64,000 bases of DNA from a bacterium HR10. GTDB taxonomy: Bacteria; Acidobacteriota; Blastocatellia; HR10. The notes under the pieces were generated by a model, which worked only from the letters and a program-made list of their open reading frames with translations, ran no database searches and was not told the DNA's origin. Below, one piece after another: positions 35,539 to 45,789 of the stretch; position 1 is the stretch's first letter, and every line of letters starts with the position of its first letter. The stretch lies in assembly GCA_002923315.1 (NCBI GenBank), contig BEHM01000001.1, positions 56,506 through 120,505 on the forward strand, read 5' to 3'. Made by a program: the position numbers and the translations under genes.

Positions 35539-37010
35539 CCTCCCCTCCCCGCATGAAGTAGCGCGCGATCCCGCGAGCTGGGAATCCCCAGCTGCTTCCG
35601 ATACTTCGTCACCGTGCGGCGCGAGAGTCGAACGCCCTCGCGCTCCAGCAAGCGCACCAGATCATCGTCCGTCAGCGGCGCTCGGGGATCCTCCTGCTCG
35701 ATGAGCTTTTGCAGGCGCAGCTTGAGGACGCGCGTGGAGATCTGCTCGCCGTTCTCCTTCCGCACCCCTTCGGTGAAGAAACGGCGCAGTTCGATGAGCC
35801 CCTGAGGGGTATCAATGTACTTGTTGCTCACGATGCGGCTGACGGTCGAGAGCGAGAGGCCCAGCTCGGCCGCGATGTCCTTGAGCAGCATCGGCTTCAG
35901 ATATTCGGGGCCGTAGTCGAGGAAGTCGCGCTGTCGCCGAACGATGGCCTCACAGACGCGGTAGATCGCCCGACGGCGATGCTCGATGTTCCTCAGCAAC
36001 TCGACAGCCGAGCGAAATCGCTCCCGCACGAAATCCCGCGCCTCTTTCGGGAGCTGCCCGCTCTTGAGGAGGCGCCGATAGTAGGGGTTGATCCGCAGGT
36101 GCGGCAGGCCCTCGTCGTTGAAGAGGATGACGTAGCGATCGTCCACCTTCACGATGCTCGCCTCGGGCACGATGTACATCGGCGGCGCAGCGCCGAGATT
36201 CCGTCCCGGGCGCGGGTCCAATTGCCGGATCACCTCCAGCTCCTCGCGCACCGTCTGCAGCGGGAGGCCGAGGCGTTCGGCCAGCTCCGGGAGCCGATGC
36301 GGATGCAAATCCCACAGATGATCGCGCACCAGGCGCGCCGCCAGCCGATCCTCCCATCCCCGCGCGCGAAGCTGCAACAGCAAACACTCGCGCAGATCGC
36401 GCGCGCCGATACCCGGCGGATCCAGGCTCTGCACGAGCGCGAGCGCGCGCTCGACGACCTCGTCGGACCATCCCCCAAGGGCTTTGATCTCCTCCAGCGT
36501 CGCCTCCAAATACCCGTCGCTGTTCAGACACCCGATGATCGCCTCCGCCGCCTGCCGCACCTCATCGTCCGATGGGGCCATGACGCGGAGTTGCTCCAAC
36601 AGCGCCTCGTACAGGGACGGACGGCTCGGCGTCAGCTTCTCCAGAAGCGAGACCTCCTCCTCCGGCGAAGGCTCCGCCCACGTCGTGCGCGGAGCCGGAT
36701 CGAGATAGTTCTGGAAGAAGTCCTCGAAATCCACTTCCTCGAAGGGATCTCGCGGCTTGGGTTCCAGCTCCACTGGTTCGGACGATCCATGGGCTTCCTC
36801 ACGCGCTTCGCGCTCAGTATTGCGCAGCGCGGCCTCCGCCGAGGGAACCACCTCGACCGCTTCCTCCAGCACGGGATTCTCTCGCAGCTCCTGCCGGATG
36901 AGGGTGAGCAACTCCAGCTTGGTCATGGCCAGCAGGTCAATACGCTGCTTGAGCTGCGGCGTCAGCGTCAGACGCTGCGTCAGTCCCGGCGCGATCTTGA
37001 CCGACGGCAT
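35535..37010 (-). CDS. rpoN: RNA polymerase sigma-54 factor
   Basis: An N-terminal activator-interacting region I (LTQRLTLTPQLKQRIDLL) and a C-terminal RpoN box (ARRTVTKYR). Confidence 0.9.
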   Translation of the reverse strand: MPSVKIAPGLTQRLTLTPQLKQRIDLLAMTKLELLTLIRQELRENPVLEEAVEVVPSAEAALRNTEREAREEAHGSSEPVELEPKPRDPFEEVDFEDFFQNYLDPAPRTTWAEPSPEEEVSLLEKLTPSRPSLYEALLEQLRVMAPSDDEVRQAAEAIIGCLNSDGYLEATLEEIKALGGWSDEVVERALALVQSLDPPGIGARDLRECLLLQLRARGWEDRLAARLVRDHLWDLHPHRLPELAERLGLPLQTVREELEVIRQLDPRPGRNLGAAPPMYIVPEASIVKVDDRYVILFNDEGLPHLRINPYYRRLLKSGQLPKEARDFVRERFRSAVELLRNIEHRRRAIYRVCEAIVRRQRDFLDYGPEYLKPMLLKDIAAELGLSLSTVSRIVSNKYIDTPQGLIELRRFFTEGVRKENGEQISTRVLKLRLQKLIEQEDPRAPLTDDDLVRLLEREGVRLSRRTVTKYRKQLGIPSSRDRALLHAGRGG

Positions 37011-37013
37011 AGC

Positions 37014-37817
37014 TCAAAGCTGGAAGTGTTCGCCCAAATAGACGCGCCGCACCTCCGGATCCGCCGTCAGCGTCTCCGGCGTGCCGGCGCGAAAGATCCG
37101 CCCCTCGCTGAGGAGATAGGCGCGATCGGTGATGCGCAGCATCTCCCGCACATTGTGATCCGTGATGAGGATCCCAATCCCTCGCGCCTTCAACCCGAGG
37201 ATGATGCGCTGCAGATCGAAGACCGCCAGCGGATCAATCCCCGTCAGGGGTTCATCCAGAAGCAGGAAACGTGGCTCCATGACGAGCGCGCGCGCGATCT
37301 CCGTCCGCCGACGCTCCCCCCCCGAGAGGGCGTAGCCTTTGACGTGACGCACGGCGGCCAGCCCCAGTTCCTCCAGAATCTCCTCGAGTCGGCGCCGACG
37401 CTCGGCGCGGCTCATCTTCCGCCGCTCCAAAATGGCGAGGATGTTCTCCTCCACCGTCAGACGACGGAAGATCGAGGGCTCCTGCGGGAGGTAGACCAAA
37501 CCGCACCGCGCTCGAAGATACATGGGCAAGGCGGTGATCTCGCGCCCATCGAGGAAGACGGCGCCACGATCGGGCCGCTCCAGCCCGACGATCAGATGAA
37601 AGGTCGTCGTCTTTCCCGCTCCGTTAGGACCGAGCAGGCCGACGATCTCTCCCGGATGCACATCGAGGGAGACGTTGGTGAGGACACAGCGCCCCCGATA
37701 GTATTTCGTCAATCCGGAGGCGCGCAAGACCGCTCCGTCCACAGGGAGCCGAGCGCGATGGGGCAAGGGCTCATGGCCGAGCGCCGCCTCGTTCGCCTCT
37801 GTGATCAGCATGCTCAC
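37014..37817 (-). CDS. lptB: LPS export ABC transporter ATP-binding protein
   Basis: ABC ATPase motifs ([23 protein letters not shown]). Its position directly upstream of rpoN is the canonical place for lptB. Confidence 0.85.
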   Translation of the reverse strand: MSMLITEANEAALGHEPLPHRARLPVDGAVLRASGLTKYYRGRCVLTNVSLDVHPGEIVGLLGPNGAGKTTTFHLIVGLERPDRGAVFLDGREITALPMYLRARCGLVYLPQEPSIFRRLTVEENILAILERRKMSRAERRRRLEEILEELGLAAVRHVKGYALSGGERRRTEIARALVMEPRFLLLDEPLTGIDPLAVFDLQRIILGLKARGIGILITDHNVREMLRITDRAYLLSEGRIFRAGTPETLTADPEVRRVYLGEHFQL

Positions 37818-40069
37818 GGTTGCCCCCTCGGAATTGTCCTCACGGTCCTCACCCGGCGCGCCCCTTCACCGTCCTCGACCACAACTGTATCACTCCCCCC
37901 GAGGAAAGTCAATCGAGCCCCCTCTTGACGCACGCGGTGGCGATCATCCTCCACGCGCGCGGGTGCGCCTTCAAGAAGGATCCGCTCCCCCCCGGCTTCG
38001 TACACGGCGCGCTCGGCATATGCGCGGCGATCGGGATCCATGAGCGTGACGTTTCGCTCGGCGATGGCGCGCTCGATCTCCGCGACACCCGGTTTGAGGA
38101 CGATCGTGAGCGACTCGGCCCTGAGGTCTTGCGCGCCGCGCCGCAGATGTGCGCCCCCCTCGTAGAGGATCTTCCGCTCGGCCTCGCGGTACGTCAGGCG
38201 CGCGGCCGAGACGACGACGGGAATCGTCTCTCCTTGAGGCGTCTCCGCCGCGCGCGCGCGGAAGAGGAACGAGCGGATCTGCCCGCGCGCCGTGAGCACG
38301 CGCTCGGCCTCGCGCACCTCCAGCTCGTCCGCCGTGAGGTAGGTGTCCTGTTGCCAGGCGCGCACCGCGCCCGTGTAGCGCACGCGGCGTTGGCGATGAT
38401 CAACGTCCAGGCGATCGGCCGCGATGAAGATGGGCGCGTCGCGCGCGGCGAAGGGGAGCGCACTGGTACCCGCCTCGCGGGGGAGAGCGGTCGTCAGCAC
38501 GCGGCCGCGAGCCACGCTCCGTTCCTCTCGCGGGTTCACATCCACCTCGTCCGCGCGCGTCCGTCCGCGCGCATCCCACACGGTCGGATCGCCTCCACGC
38601 AGGCGAATCCATCCGGAATCGGCCTCGTAGATCGCCCGCTCGCTCCGCGCACCCCGCTCTCCCTCCAGGTAGCGAAATCCCCCTGCGTGAAGGAGGCGCG
38701 TGATCTCCTGCGTCTCCGGATCAAATTGGGCGAGCAATGAGGGACTCATCATCACGCGCTTCGGGCGTGCTGCCCTCGGCTCGATCTCCACGCGGACGTC
38801 ACCTTCGGCGCGAGCCTCCGTCGCCCGGAGGCGTTCGGCCGCGAACTCCACCTCCAGCTGGCGCGCGAAGATCGTCTTCCGCTCAGCGGCCCTCGCGAAA
38901 GCGGTCGGGAGCATCTCCAGGCGAACGTCGCCCGAAGCGCGCAGGCGGTGCAGCGCTCGGGTCCCCGTTCGGAAGATCGCCTCCACGCGGTTCGCCTCCA
39001 GACGTCGCTCCGCGGACGCCCGCTCAGGTCCTGTGCTCCGCATGATGACGTTCACGCGCCCGCCCTCGGCCCATGCCGATTGAGGGGTGAGCCTCCCTCG
39101 CCGCTCCGCGAAGACGATCTCCAGGCGAGGGCTGCGCAACTCGTGTTCCTCAGCTCGATTCCGAACGCGCGCGGCGACCGACCCAAGCGCGATCGCGCGC
39201 GCCAGATCGTGTCCGCTCATGAAGGAGAGCGCAAGACGATGGCTCGTGATCTCGCTGCTCGCCGCATCATCGCGGGAGCGGAGGCGGACGTCCCCTTCGG
39301 CCATGAGCTCTCGGATTCGATGTGCGCTATCCAGAGAGCCCTCGAGCCGCTCGGCGCGCAGCTCCTCCGCACCGCGCGTCATCACGACTGTTCCGACGAG
39401 TCGAAACGCGAGCGTGGCGGTCTCGAACGAGGCCGAATCCGCTCGAACGGTCCACGCTTGTTCCGATGTCTTCGGCGCGACCGTCAGGCGAACCGCGCGC
39501 AGCCGGACGAGATCTCCCCGCCCGCGCCCGAAGCGAATCTCCGCTCCCTGACTCTCCCCCCATCCTCTGGCGTGTTCGAAGGTGACCGGTCGCTCCGTGC
39601 GTAAGACCTCCGCCGCGTGATCGTACTGCGCCTCATCGGTGCGCACGCTGACGCCCTCGCGCATCCGCGCCACGACATCCGTGGCGAAGATGACGAGCCC
39701 GGTCGTTTGATCAGAGACGGCGCGGCGAGCCGTGATGCGCGCGCGTTCCGCCCCGTCAGGGGCATACAGCGTCAGGCTCACATCGCTCAATTCGTGATGC
39801 CCATCATCGTACGCCTCATCGCGCGCCGCTGTGAGGAGAAAGATGGGACGGCCTTCTTGAGTCTGGAGGTGACGAATGTTCTCACTCACCGAGAGCAGAC
39901 GCGCATGGAGACGCACCCCCACCGCCTCCTCGCTCCGACGCTGAAGTAAGCCGTGGTGCTGGCGAGAGGAGAGGATGAGCGTGGCGCCGACCGCGACGAA
40001 GAGCGCGACGGCCAGGGCGCGAGTCACCCGGGGCCAGGTGGGCTCACGCCATCTCATCGCCTCCTCCAA
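37814..40069 (-). CDS. large LptC/LptA (OstA-like) family protein with an N-terminal membrane anchor
   Basis: It has an N-terminal TM ([17 protein letters not shown]) and sits upstream of lptB, where lptC-lptA normally lie. At about 750 aa it is 3-4 times the length of LptC plus LptA. The start may be the second ATG at 40057. Confidence 0.45.
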   Translation of the reverse strand: MEEAMRWREPTWPRVTRALAVALFVAVGATLILSSRQHHGLLQRRSEEAVGVRLHARLLSVSENIRHLQTQEGRPIFLLTAARDEAYDDGHHELSDVSLTLYAPDGAERARITARRAVSDQTTGLVIFATDVVARMREGVSVRTDEAQYDHAAEVLRTERPVTFEHARGWGESQGAEIRFGRGRGDLVRLRAVRLTVAPKTSEQAWTVRADSASFETATLAFRLVGTVVMTRGAEELRAERLEGSLDSAHRIRELMAEGDVRLRSRDDAASSEITSHRLALSFMSGHDLARAIALGSVAARVRNRAEEHELRSPRLEIVFAERRGRLTPQSAWAEGGRVNVIMRSTGPERASAERRLEANRVEAIFRTGTRALHRLRASGDVRLEMLPTAFARAAERKTIFARQLEVEFAAERLRATEARAEGDVRVEIEPRAARPKRVMMSPSLLAQFDPETQEITRLLHAGGFRYLEGERGARSERAIYEADSGWIRLRGGDPTVWDARGRTRADEVDVNPREERSVARGRVLTTALPREAGTSALPFAARDAPIFIAADRLDVDHRQRRVRYTGAVRAWQQDTYLTADELEVREAERVLTARGQIRSFLFRARAAETPQGETIPVVVSAARLTYREAERKILYEGGAHLRRGAQDLRAESLTIVLKPGVAEIERAIAERNVTLMDPDRRAYAERAVYEAGGERILLEGAPARVEDDRHRVRQEGARLTFLGGSDTVVVEDGEGARRVRTVRTIPRGQP

Positions 40070-41768
40070 GGGGCGTCTCCGACAGGTCTTTGATCACCAG
40101 GTGGATGTGCAGGAGCCCATTGGAGAACGATTCGCCGATACTCGCCGCCAACCGGAGGCGCGCGCCCGCGACGCGCGAGGCGAACGAGGACGCACCGTTC
40201 CACCAAAAGGCATCCAGACTCCGCCCCGCCTGTCGAATGCGCAGTTTGAGATGGCGCTCCTTCAGGATGCGAGGCTCGCCCTCCACGCGCACGTCGGCGA
40301 AGAGGAAGAGGGGGCGCGGATTCCCGGGACCGAAGGGCTCAAGGCGCTGCAGATGTTGCCAGAGGTCAAAGGTCACCGCGGAGATGGCGAGCTGCGCATC
40401 GAGCACGAGCGTGGGCACCAGGTCGTCGGGGGTGAGCACGCGATCGGCTTCGGCGGTGATTCGCCGTCGGAAGTCGTCGAGGCGATCGCGCCGAATGAGG
40501 AGGCCGGCCGCGTGCGCATGTCCGCCATAGCGTTCGAAGAGATCGGCGCACGCTTCCAACCCACGCAGCAGATGAAAAGCCGGGATGCTCCGCCCTGACC
40601 CATGCGCCCATTCGCCCTCCAGGGCGAGAATGATCGCCGGCCGCGCGAATCGTTCCACGACTTTCGAGGCGACCAGACCGATCACGCCGCGATGCCACCC
40701 CTCGCGCGCGAGCACCAGGACCTTAGCCTCTCGCAGCGTCGGATCTTCGGCGAGCATCGCCTCGATCTCAGCGAGCATCGCCTGCTCCTCGCGCTGGCGA
40801 CGGGCATTCTGTTCATTGAGCTGAACGGCCAACTGTCGCGCGATCTCCCGATCCTCGGTCTGCAGCAGTTCGATCGCCGGCCGAGCCGTGCCCAAACGAC
40901 CCGCAGCGTTCACGCGCGGAGCGAGGCGAAACGCGACATCCTCGCCCGTCACCGGACGATCCGGGGCGAGCCCGGCCACTTCGGCGAGGGCGCGAAGCCC
41001 TACCTGCTCCGGAGCCCAGAGCCGCTCCAATCCGAGGCGCGCGATCACGCGATTCTCCCCCGTCAGCGGCGCCAGGTCCGCAATCGTGCCGAGAGCGGCC
41101 AGAGGAAGGAGCGACGCGAGCCCTTCCGTCCGACCCTCGCGCAGAAGGAGCGCCTGCGCGAGCTTCAAGGCGACGCCCACCCCCGCCAGGTTCTTCTCGG
41201 GATACGAGCAGTCGGGACGCTTCGGATTCAATACGGCGACGGCGCGCGGGAGCGCGGCTTCGGGGAGGTGATGATCGGTCACGATCGTCTCCATCCCCAG
41301 CGCCCTGGCGCGTTCGACCACCTCATGAGCGCGGATCCCGCAATCCACGCTGATGAGCAAGCGTCCGCCAGAGGCGGCGAGCGCTTCAATCGCCTCCACG
41401 TGCATCCCATACCCCTCGCGCAATCGTTCGGGGACATGGAAGGCGACGCGCGCGCCCAACCGCTCCAGCGTCTTCTTGAGAAGGACGAGGCTGGTCACGC
41501 CATCCACATCATAATCGCCGTAGATGACGATCAGCTCCCGCTGCGCGATCGCGCGCGCGATGCGCTCCACAGCCTCGCGCATGCCAGCCATGCGATAGGG
41601 ATCGTGCAAGTCCTCTAGACGCGGGGCGAGAAATCGGCGCGCCTCATCCGGCGTCGTCACGCCGCGCGCGCTGAGCAGCCGAGCGATCACCTGCGGCACG
41701 CCCAGCTCCTGTTGCAAGACGCGAACCACATCCTCCGCGCATGGGCGCATGATCCACCGAGAGCCCAT
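40044..41768 (-). CDS. recJ: single-stranded-DNA-specific exonuclease RecJ
   Basis: DHH (YGDYDVDGVTS, DHH at TDHHLP) and DHHA1 motifs. I chose the start at MGSRWIMRP (41768), preceded by GGAGGAGG. Confidence 0.85.
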   Translation of the reverse strand: MGSRWIMRPCAEDVVRVLQQELGVPQVIARLLSARGVTTPDEARRFLAPRLEDLHDPYRMAGMREAVERIARAIAQRELIVIYGDYDVDGVTSLVLLKKTLERLGARVAFHVPERLREGYGMHVEAIEALAASGGRLLISVDCGIRAHEVVERARALGMETIVTDHHLPEAALPRAVAVLNPKRPDCSYPEKNLAGVGVALKLAQALLLREGRTEGLASLLPLAALGTIADLAPLTGENRVIARLGLERLWAPEQVGLRALAEVAGLAPDRPVTGEDVAFRLAPRVNAAGRLGTARPAIELLQTEDREIARQLAVQLNEQNARRQREEQAMLAEIEAMLAEDPTLREAKVLVLAREGWHRGVIGLVASKVVERFARPAIILALEGEWAHGSGRSIPAFHLLRGLEACADLFERYGGHAHAAGLLIRRDRLDDFRRRITAEADRVLTPDDLVPTLVLDAQLAISAVTFDLWQHLQRLEPFGPGNPRPLFLFADVRVEGEPRILKERHLKLRIRQAGRSLDAFWWNGASSFASRVAGARLRLAASIGESFSNGLLHIHLVIKDLSETPLGGGDEMA

Positions 41769-41881
41769 TCGCTGCCTCCTCCGTTCGCCTCCGCTGCCGG
41801 CGACTCCCGACACGCTGCCGGTCATTGTACCGCACGCCGTGCATCCGGCAGAAGGTGCGCATGCCGCGCGCTTCGGCCGCT

Positions 41882-44053
41882 TCAGCGGCTGGCGCGCGCG
41901 CGGGTCGGAACGTAGGGATGGTTCAGATACTGACGGGCGATCTCTTGAGCGCCGTTATAATCGTCCTTGGTCTCCATCGCCTTCTGATACTCGGCGATGG
42001 CGCGCTCGCGCTCGCCGAGCGCATCGTAGCAGTTCCCGCGATAGATATAGCTCCAGACGACCACCCACGAGGGACGCTTGTCCCCATTGAGCGCATCCGT
42101 GAAGGCGTCCAGAGCCCGCTGGAAATTTCGCTGTTCGAAATAGAGCAGACCCAGATTGTAGTGGGCCCATGAGCTGAGCGCGTCCAGCTCCAGAGCCGCC
42201 CGGAATTGCTGCTCGGCTTCCGGATACTCGCGATTCTTGAGATGTTCGATCCCCCGCCGAACGACAACGGCGATGCGAATGTGATCGGTGAGGTGGAGGA
42301 TCTGGAACTCCGGGTCCACGACGATCTCCCGCGGGAGCGTCTCGGCGGGGATCTCGAAACTCGCCTCCGTCCCCTTCATCGCGAGCGTGATCTTCTCGGT
42401 GCGATCGCCTTCGGCGCGCAGCAGCAACTCCACAGGCATTTCAAAGAGCTCGAGCGTCTGCTTGACGGTCCCCCGCACTTTGAACTTCCCGTCGCGGGTG
42501 CGCACGATCATGTACTCGACGCGGAACTCGGGCACGCCGGTCGAGTCCACCCAGAGGCCGAAGAAGCTGCGGAGACTGCGTCCGGCGATTCGGCTCGCCA
42601 TCTCCTCGAAGTCCGCGATGCCCGCATTCTTGCCCGCGTAGGTTTGGTAGAAGGTCTGCAGCAGTGTGAAGAACTTCTCCTCGCCGAGCACGTGCCGAAG
42701 CATGCGGAAGACGAACGCGCCCTTGTCGTAGACGATGGCCTGATAGCTCGGCGAGAGGTCGTACAGCTCGCGCGGGGCGCGGGCGATGGAGGTCGCCGAC
42801 TCGAAGGCGAGCGCGCGCTCGAGCACTTCGCGAACGGCTTGCTCCCAGGCGGCGCGTGGTTCCGTCAGCTCCCGGAACAGCAGCGCGCTGTATTGCGCCA
42901 GCCCCTGCGAGATCCAGGCGTCATCGAAATTCTTCAGCGCGACGGCTTGTCCCCACCATTGGAACGCGACCTCGCGCGCCAGCCGTCCGAGATCGAGCGG
43001 ACGCTCCTCGGCCAGCGCGCGCGGGGCGATGAAGAGCGTCCCGGGCCCGACATAATACTCCAGCGAATCATCATCAATTTCGGCGACGCGCAGGCGATCG
43101 CCGAACGCATAGGGGCCGAAGCGCGCGTGATAGACCTCGAGCATGCGCCCGATGGGCTCAGCGAGGATCTCCAGGCGCCCCTCATCGCCCGGCTTCATGA
43201 ACAGCTCGATGGTGAAGCCGCCCGGCGTGCGCACTTCTTTGGTGAGGTATTTTGAGAACGCGAACGACGCAGCGAGCACCGGTTGGGTCGAGACGAACGT
43301 ATAGGCGATCCGAGCGGGACGGGCCGACGCCTCGGCGGGAGCTGTCGTCCGGCGCGGTCCGCGCGCCGGAGCGGGCGCCGATCGCTCCACGACCGGTTGC
43401 GGGGTGACGGCGCGTTCGCTGTAGCCGGCGAGCACGATCCCCTGCGGCACGCGCAGCGTGATCTCATAGCTCGCGCGATCGGCGGCATAATCGTGAAACG
43501 GCAGCCATCGCGCCGCGTAGAAGAGATAGCCACCCTCCGGACCGACGTAGGCGAGCCGCCGATCCGGTATGGGCCCACCCTCCGGCCCGCGCAGCGCACC
43601 GGCATACTCGAAGAGGAGCGTGAGCGCCGTCCCCGCCTCCACGACCTTCCCCAAATCCACGCGCACGTTGAGCTGATCGAACCGATCCTGCAAAAACGTG
43701 AGCGCTTCACCGGTCTCCGCATTCTGCACGCGCGAGACGACGAGCGAGCCATTCAGCTCCAGGACGATCGAACGCGTGGCCGATCCCACGCGCAGCGTCA
43801 CCAAGGAACGGGCCGACAGCGTGAACTCGGTCGGGTCCATGTCCGCCTCGACCTTATAGTGGAGCACATCCAGAGTCGGCGCAGTTTGCGATGCCAACGC
43901 CAGGGCAGAATGCTCGCCTGAGCAGAACGCCCCCTCGGGAAATCCCAGCAGCAGAAGCGTCAGTCCCAGGGCGCTCAACCACCCCCTCGCCCCGTGAAAG
44001 CCTACCGGCGGATGGGTTCGTGCCGTCCTCCACTCTCCTCGGCGCATCGGCAT
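41882..44053 (-). CDS. secreted M1-aminopeptidase-like protein with a degenerate zinc site and C-terminal TPR repeats
   Basis: The start is MPMRRGEW... followed by a signal peptide. It has M1 (aminopeptidase N) fold similarity, but the HExxH-(18)-E motif is replaced by REVAFQWWG and there is no GAMEN. The last 150 aa are TPR repeats. Confidence 0.6.
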   Translation of the reverse strand: MPMRRGEWRTARTHPPVGFHGARGWLSALGLTLLLLGFPEGAFCSGEHSALALASQTAPTLDVLHYKVEADMDPTEFTLSARSLVTLRVGSATRSIVLELNGSLVVSRVQNAETGEALTFLQDRFDQLNVRVDLGKVVEAGTALTLLFEYAGALRGPEGGPIPDRRLAYVGPEGGYLFYAARWLPFHDYAADRASYEITLRVPQGIVLAGYSERAVTPQPVVERSAPAPARGPRRTTAPAEASARPARIAYTFVSTQPVLAASFAFSKYLTKEVRTPGGFTIELFMKPGDEGRLEILAEPIGRMLEVYHARFGPYAFGDRLRVAEIDDDSLEYYVGPGTLFIAPRALAEERPLDLGRLAREVAFQWWGQAVALKNFDDAWISQGLAQYSALLFRELTEPRAAWEQAVREVLERALAFESATSIARAPRELYDLSPSYQAIVYDKGAFVFRMLRHVLGEEKFFTLLQTFYQTYAGKNAGIADFEEMASRIAGRSLRSFFGLWVDSTGVPEFRVEYMIVRTRDGKFKVRGTVKQTLELFEMPVELLLRAEGDRTEKITLAMKGTEASFEIPAETLPREIVVDPEFQILHLTDHIRIAVVVRRGIEHLKNREYPEAEQQFRAALELDALSSWAHYNLGLLYFEQRNFQRALDAFTDALNGDKRPSWVVVWSYIYRGNCYDALGERERAIAEYQKAMETKDDYNGAQEIARQYLNHPYVPTRARASR

Positions 44054-44094
44054 GATTGTACCACCCTTCTCAGATCCGAAGCCATCGCTCGAGG

Positions 44095-44892
44095 TCATTG
44101 CATGGTCAATCGCCCCAGCAGACCGCGTTCGCGCGCCAGGTCGAACATGCGCACGAGCAGCCACAGACCCAGCCCCAGATAGAGGGCGTTCAATCCGAGC
44201 GCCCACCCGAAGTGATCCCAGCGAAAGGTCCCCGTGCGCAGGACCTCGCGCATGCCTTCGAAGACATACGTGCAGGGGATCGCTCGCGCGATCACCTGCA
44301 GGGAGGGCGGCAGGACGCTCACCGGATAGAAGACGGCCGCGAACGGTTGCAGGAGAAACGGTACAGCCCACGCCAGTGCTTCCGCGGCTTGCCCGAAGCG
44401 CAGGATGATCGCCGTCGTGATCACGCCCAGGGCCAGGCCCAGGATCAGCAAATTCACCATGAAGGGGATGAGGGCGAACCCCATCTCGAAGAGATCAAAG
44501 TGATAGAGCCCCCACGCGAGCGCCGCCAGCGAGATGAGGGTCACGCCGACGCGCACCAGCCCGAAGAGGAACGTCGCCGCGATGTATTCGCTCAAGCGGA
44601 CGGGCGCGCAGAAGATGTTGAGGAGATTGCGCACCCAGACGTCCTCCAGGAACGAGAGAGTGATCCCCTGTTGCGCGCGGTAGAGGACGTCCCAGAGGAT
44701 CATCGCCCCGATTAAGAACGTGACCAGACGCGGCACGGCGCCTTCCCCCACGCGTTGGAGGAAGAGGGTGACGTATCCCCACAGGAGCAGCTCCATCGTG
44801 GGCCAGAACCACACCTCCACCAATCGGATGACGCTTCGCCGGTAGACGAAAGCGTATCGGAGCACGAGAATGCCCACGCGCCGCAGATTCAT
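44095..44892 (-). CDS. ABC-2 family transporter permease
   Basis: Six TM segments with ABC-2 type-2 exporter topology. A 4-bp overlap with the upstream ATPase gene. Confidence 0.75.
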   Translation of the reverse strand: MNLRRVGILVLRYAFVYRRSVIRLVEVWFWPTMELLLWGYVTLFLQRVGEGAVPRLVTFLIGAMILWDVLYRAQQGITLSFLEDVWVRNLLNIFCAPVRLSEYIAATFLFGLVRVGVTLISLAALAWGLYHFDLFEMGFALIPFMVNLLILGLALGVITTAIILRFGQAAEALAWAVPFLLQPFAAVFYPVSVLPPSLQVIARAIPCTYVFEGMREVLRTGTFRWDHFGWALGLNALYLGLGLWLLVRMFDLARERGLLGRLTMQ

Positions 44893-45653
44893 CGTTCCCG
44901 CTGACTGACGAGAATCTCTCCGCTTCGAGCGATGCGGATGAAGACCTCCTCCAACGTCCGCGTGCGGAAGTGTTCGAGGATCTCACGCGGTGATCCCTCG
45001 GCGATGATGCGCCCCTGATGCAGGAAGAGGATGCGATCACAGACCTCCTCGATATCGCGCATATTGTGCGACGTGTAGAGCATGGCGATCCGCCGTTCCC
45101 GCTGAATCTGACGCAGGAGGCGGCGCACTTTGTCGGCGATATTCGGATCGAGGCTCGCTGTCGGCTCATCCAGCAGCAGCAACTCGGGATCGTTGAGCAG
45201 GGCCTTGCAGAGATTGACGCGCGTCATCTCGCCGCTGGAGAGTCGCCCCGTGCGAGCATCGCGCAGGTGCGCGATCTCCAGAAGCTCAAGCACCTCAGCG
45301 ATGCGCTCCTGCGCGCGCGACACCCCATAGAGCTGAGCGAAGAGCCAGAGATTCTCCCATACCGTGAGGTTCGGCGGGAGGTTCACCCCCACTGAGGAGA
45401 AGTTCATGCGGCGCAGGATCTCGATCCGATGGCGCTCGATATCTCGGCCGAAGATCTCGATGCGCCCTGAGGTGGGACGGATGAGGCCGAGGATGAGGTG
45501 CAAGGTCGTCGTCTTCCCGGCCCCGTTGGCGCCGAGCAAGCCCACAATCTCCCCGCGCGAGATCGAGAAGCTCACGCGATCCACAGCCACGATCCCATCG
45601 AACACCTTCGTCAGCTCGTGCACGCGCAGGACAGCGTCCTCGCATCGGCGCAT
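44889..45653 (-). CDS. ABC transporter ATP-binding protein
   Basis: I chose the start at MRRCEDAVLRV (45653). It has Walker A (GANGAGKTT), the signature LSSGEMTR and Walker B (LLLDEP). Confidence 0.8.
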   Translation of the reverse strand: MRRCEDAVLRVHELTKVFDGIVAVDRVSFSISRGEIVGLLGANGAGKTTTLHLILGLIRPTSGRIEIFGRDIERHRIEILRRMNFSSVGVNLPPNLTVWENLWLFAQLYGVSRAQERIAEVLELLEIAHLRDARTGRLSSGEMTRVNLCKALLNDPELLLLDEPTASLDPNIADKVRRLLRQIQRERRIAMLYTSHNMRDIEEVCDRILFLHQGRIIAEGSPREILEHFRTRTLEEVFIRIARSGEILVSQRER

Positions 45654-45735
45654 AACGGGGCAAAGATACCAATGGGGTTCTCCGCCGGGCAAGCGAGGAG
45701 ATGCGGTCAGCGCGCCCTCGCGCGCGCATGAGCCG

Positions 45736-45765
45736 TTTGCCGGGGCGGGGAGATCGGGATATAAT
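45736..45765 (+). promoter_or_regulatory. sigma-70-like promoter (TTTGCC-18-TATAAT) for the small ORF at 45790
   Basis: There is a perfect TATAAT at 45760-45765 in an otherwise GC-rich region. The predicted TSS is near 45772. Confidence 0.35.
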
Positions 45766-45789
45766 CTGCCCTCCTGAGCGGAGGGCGAT

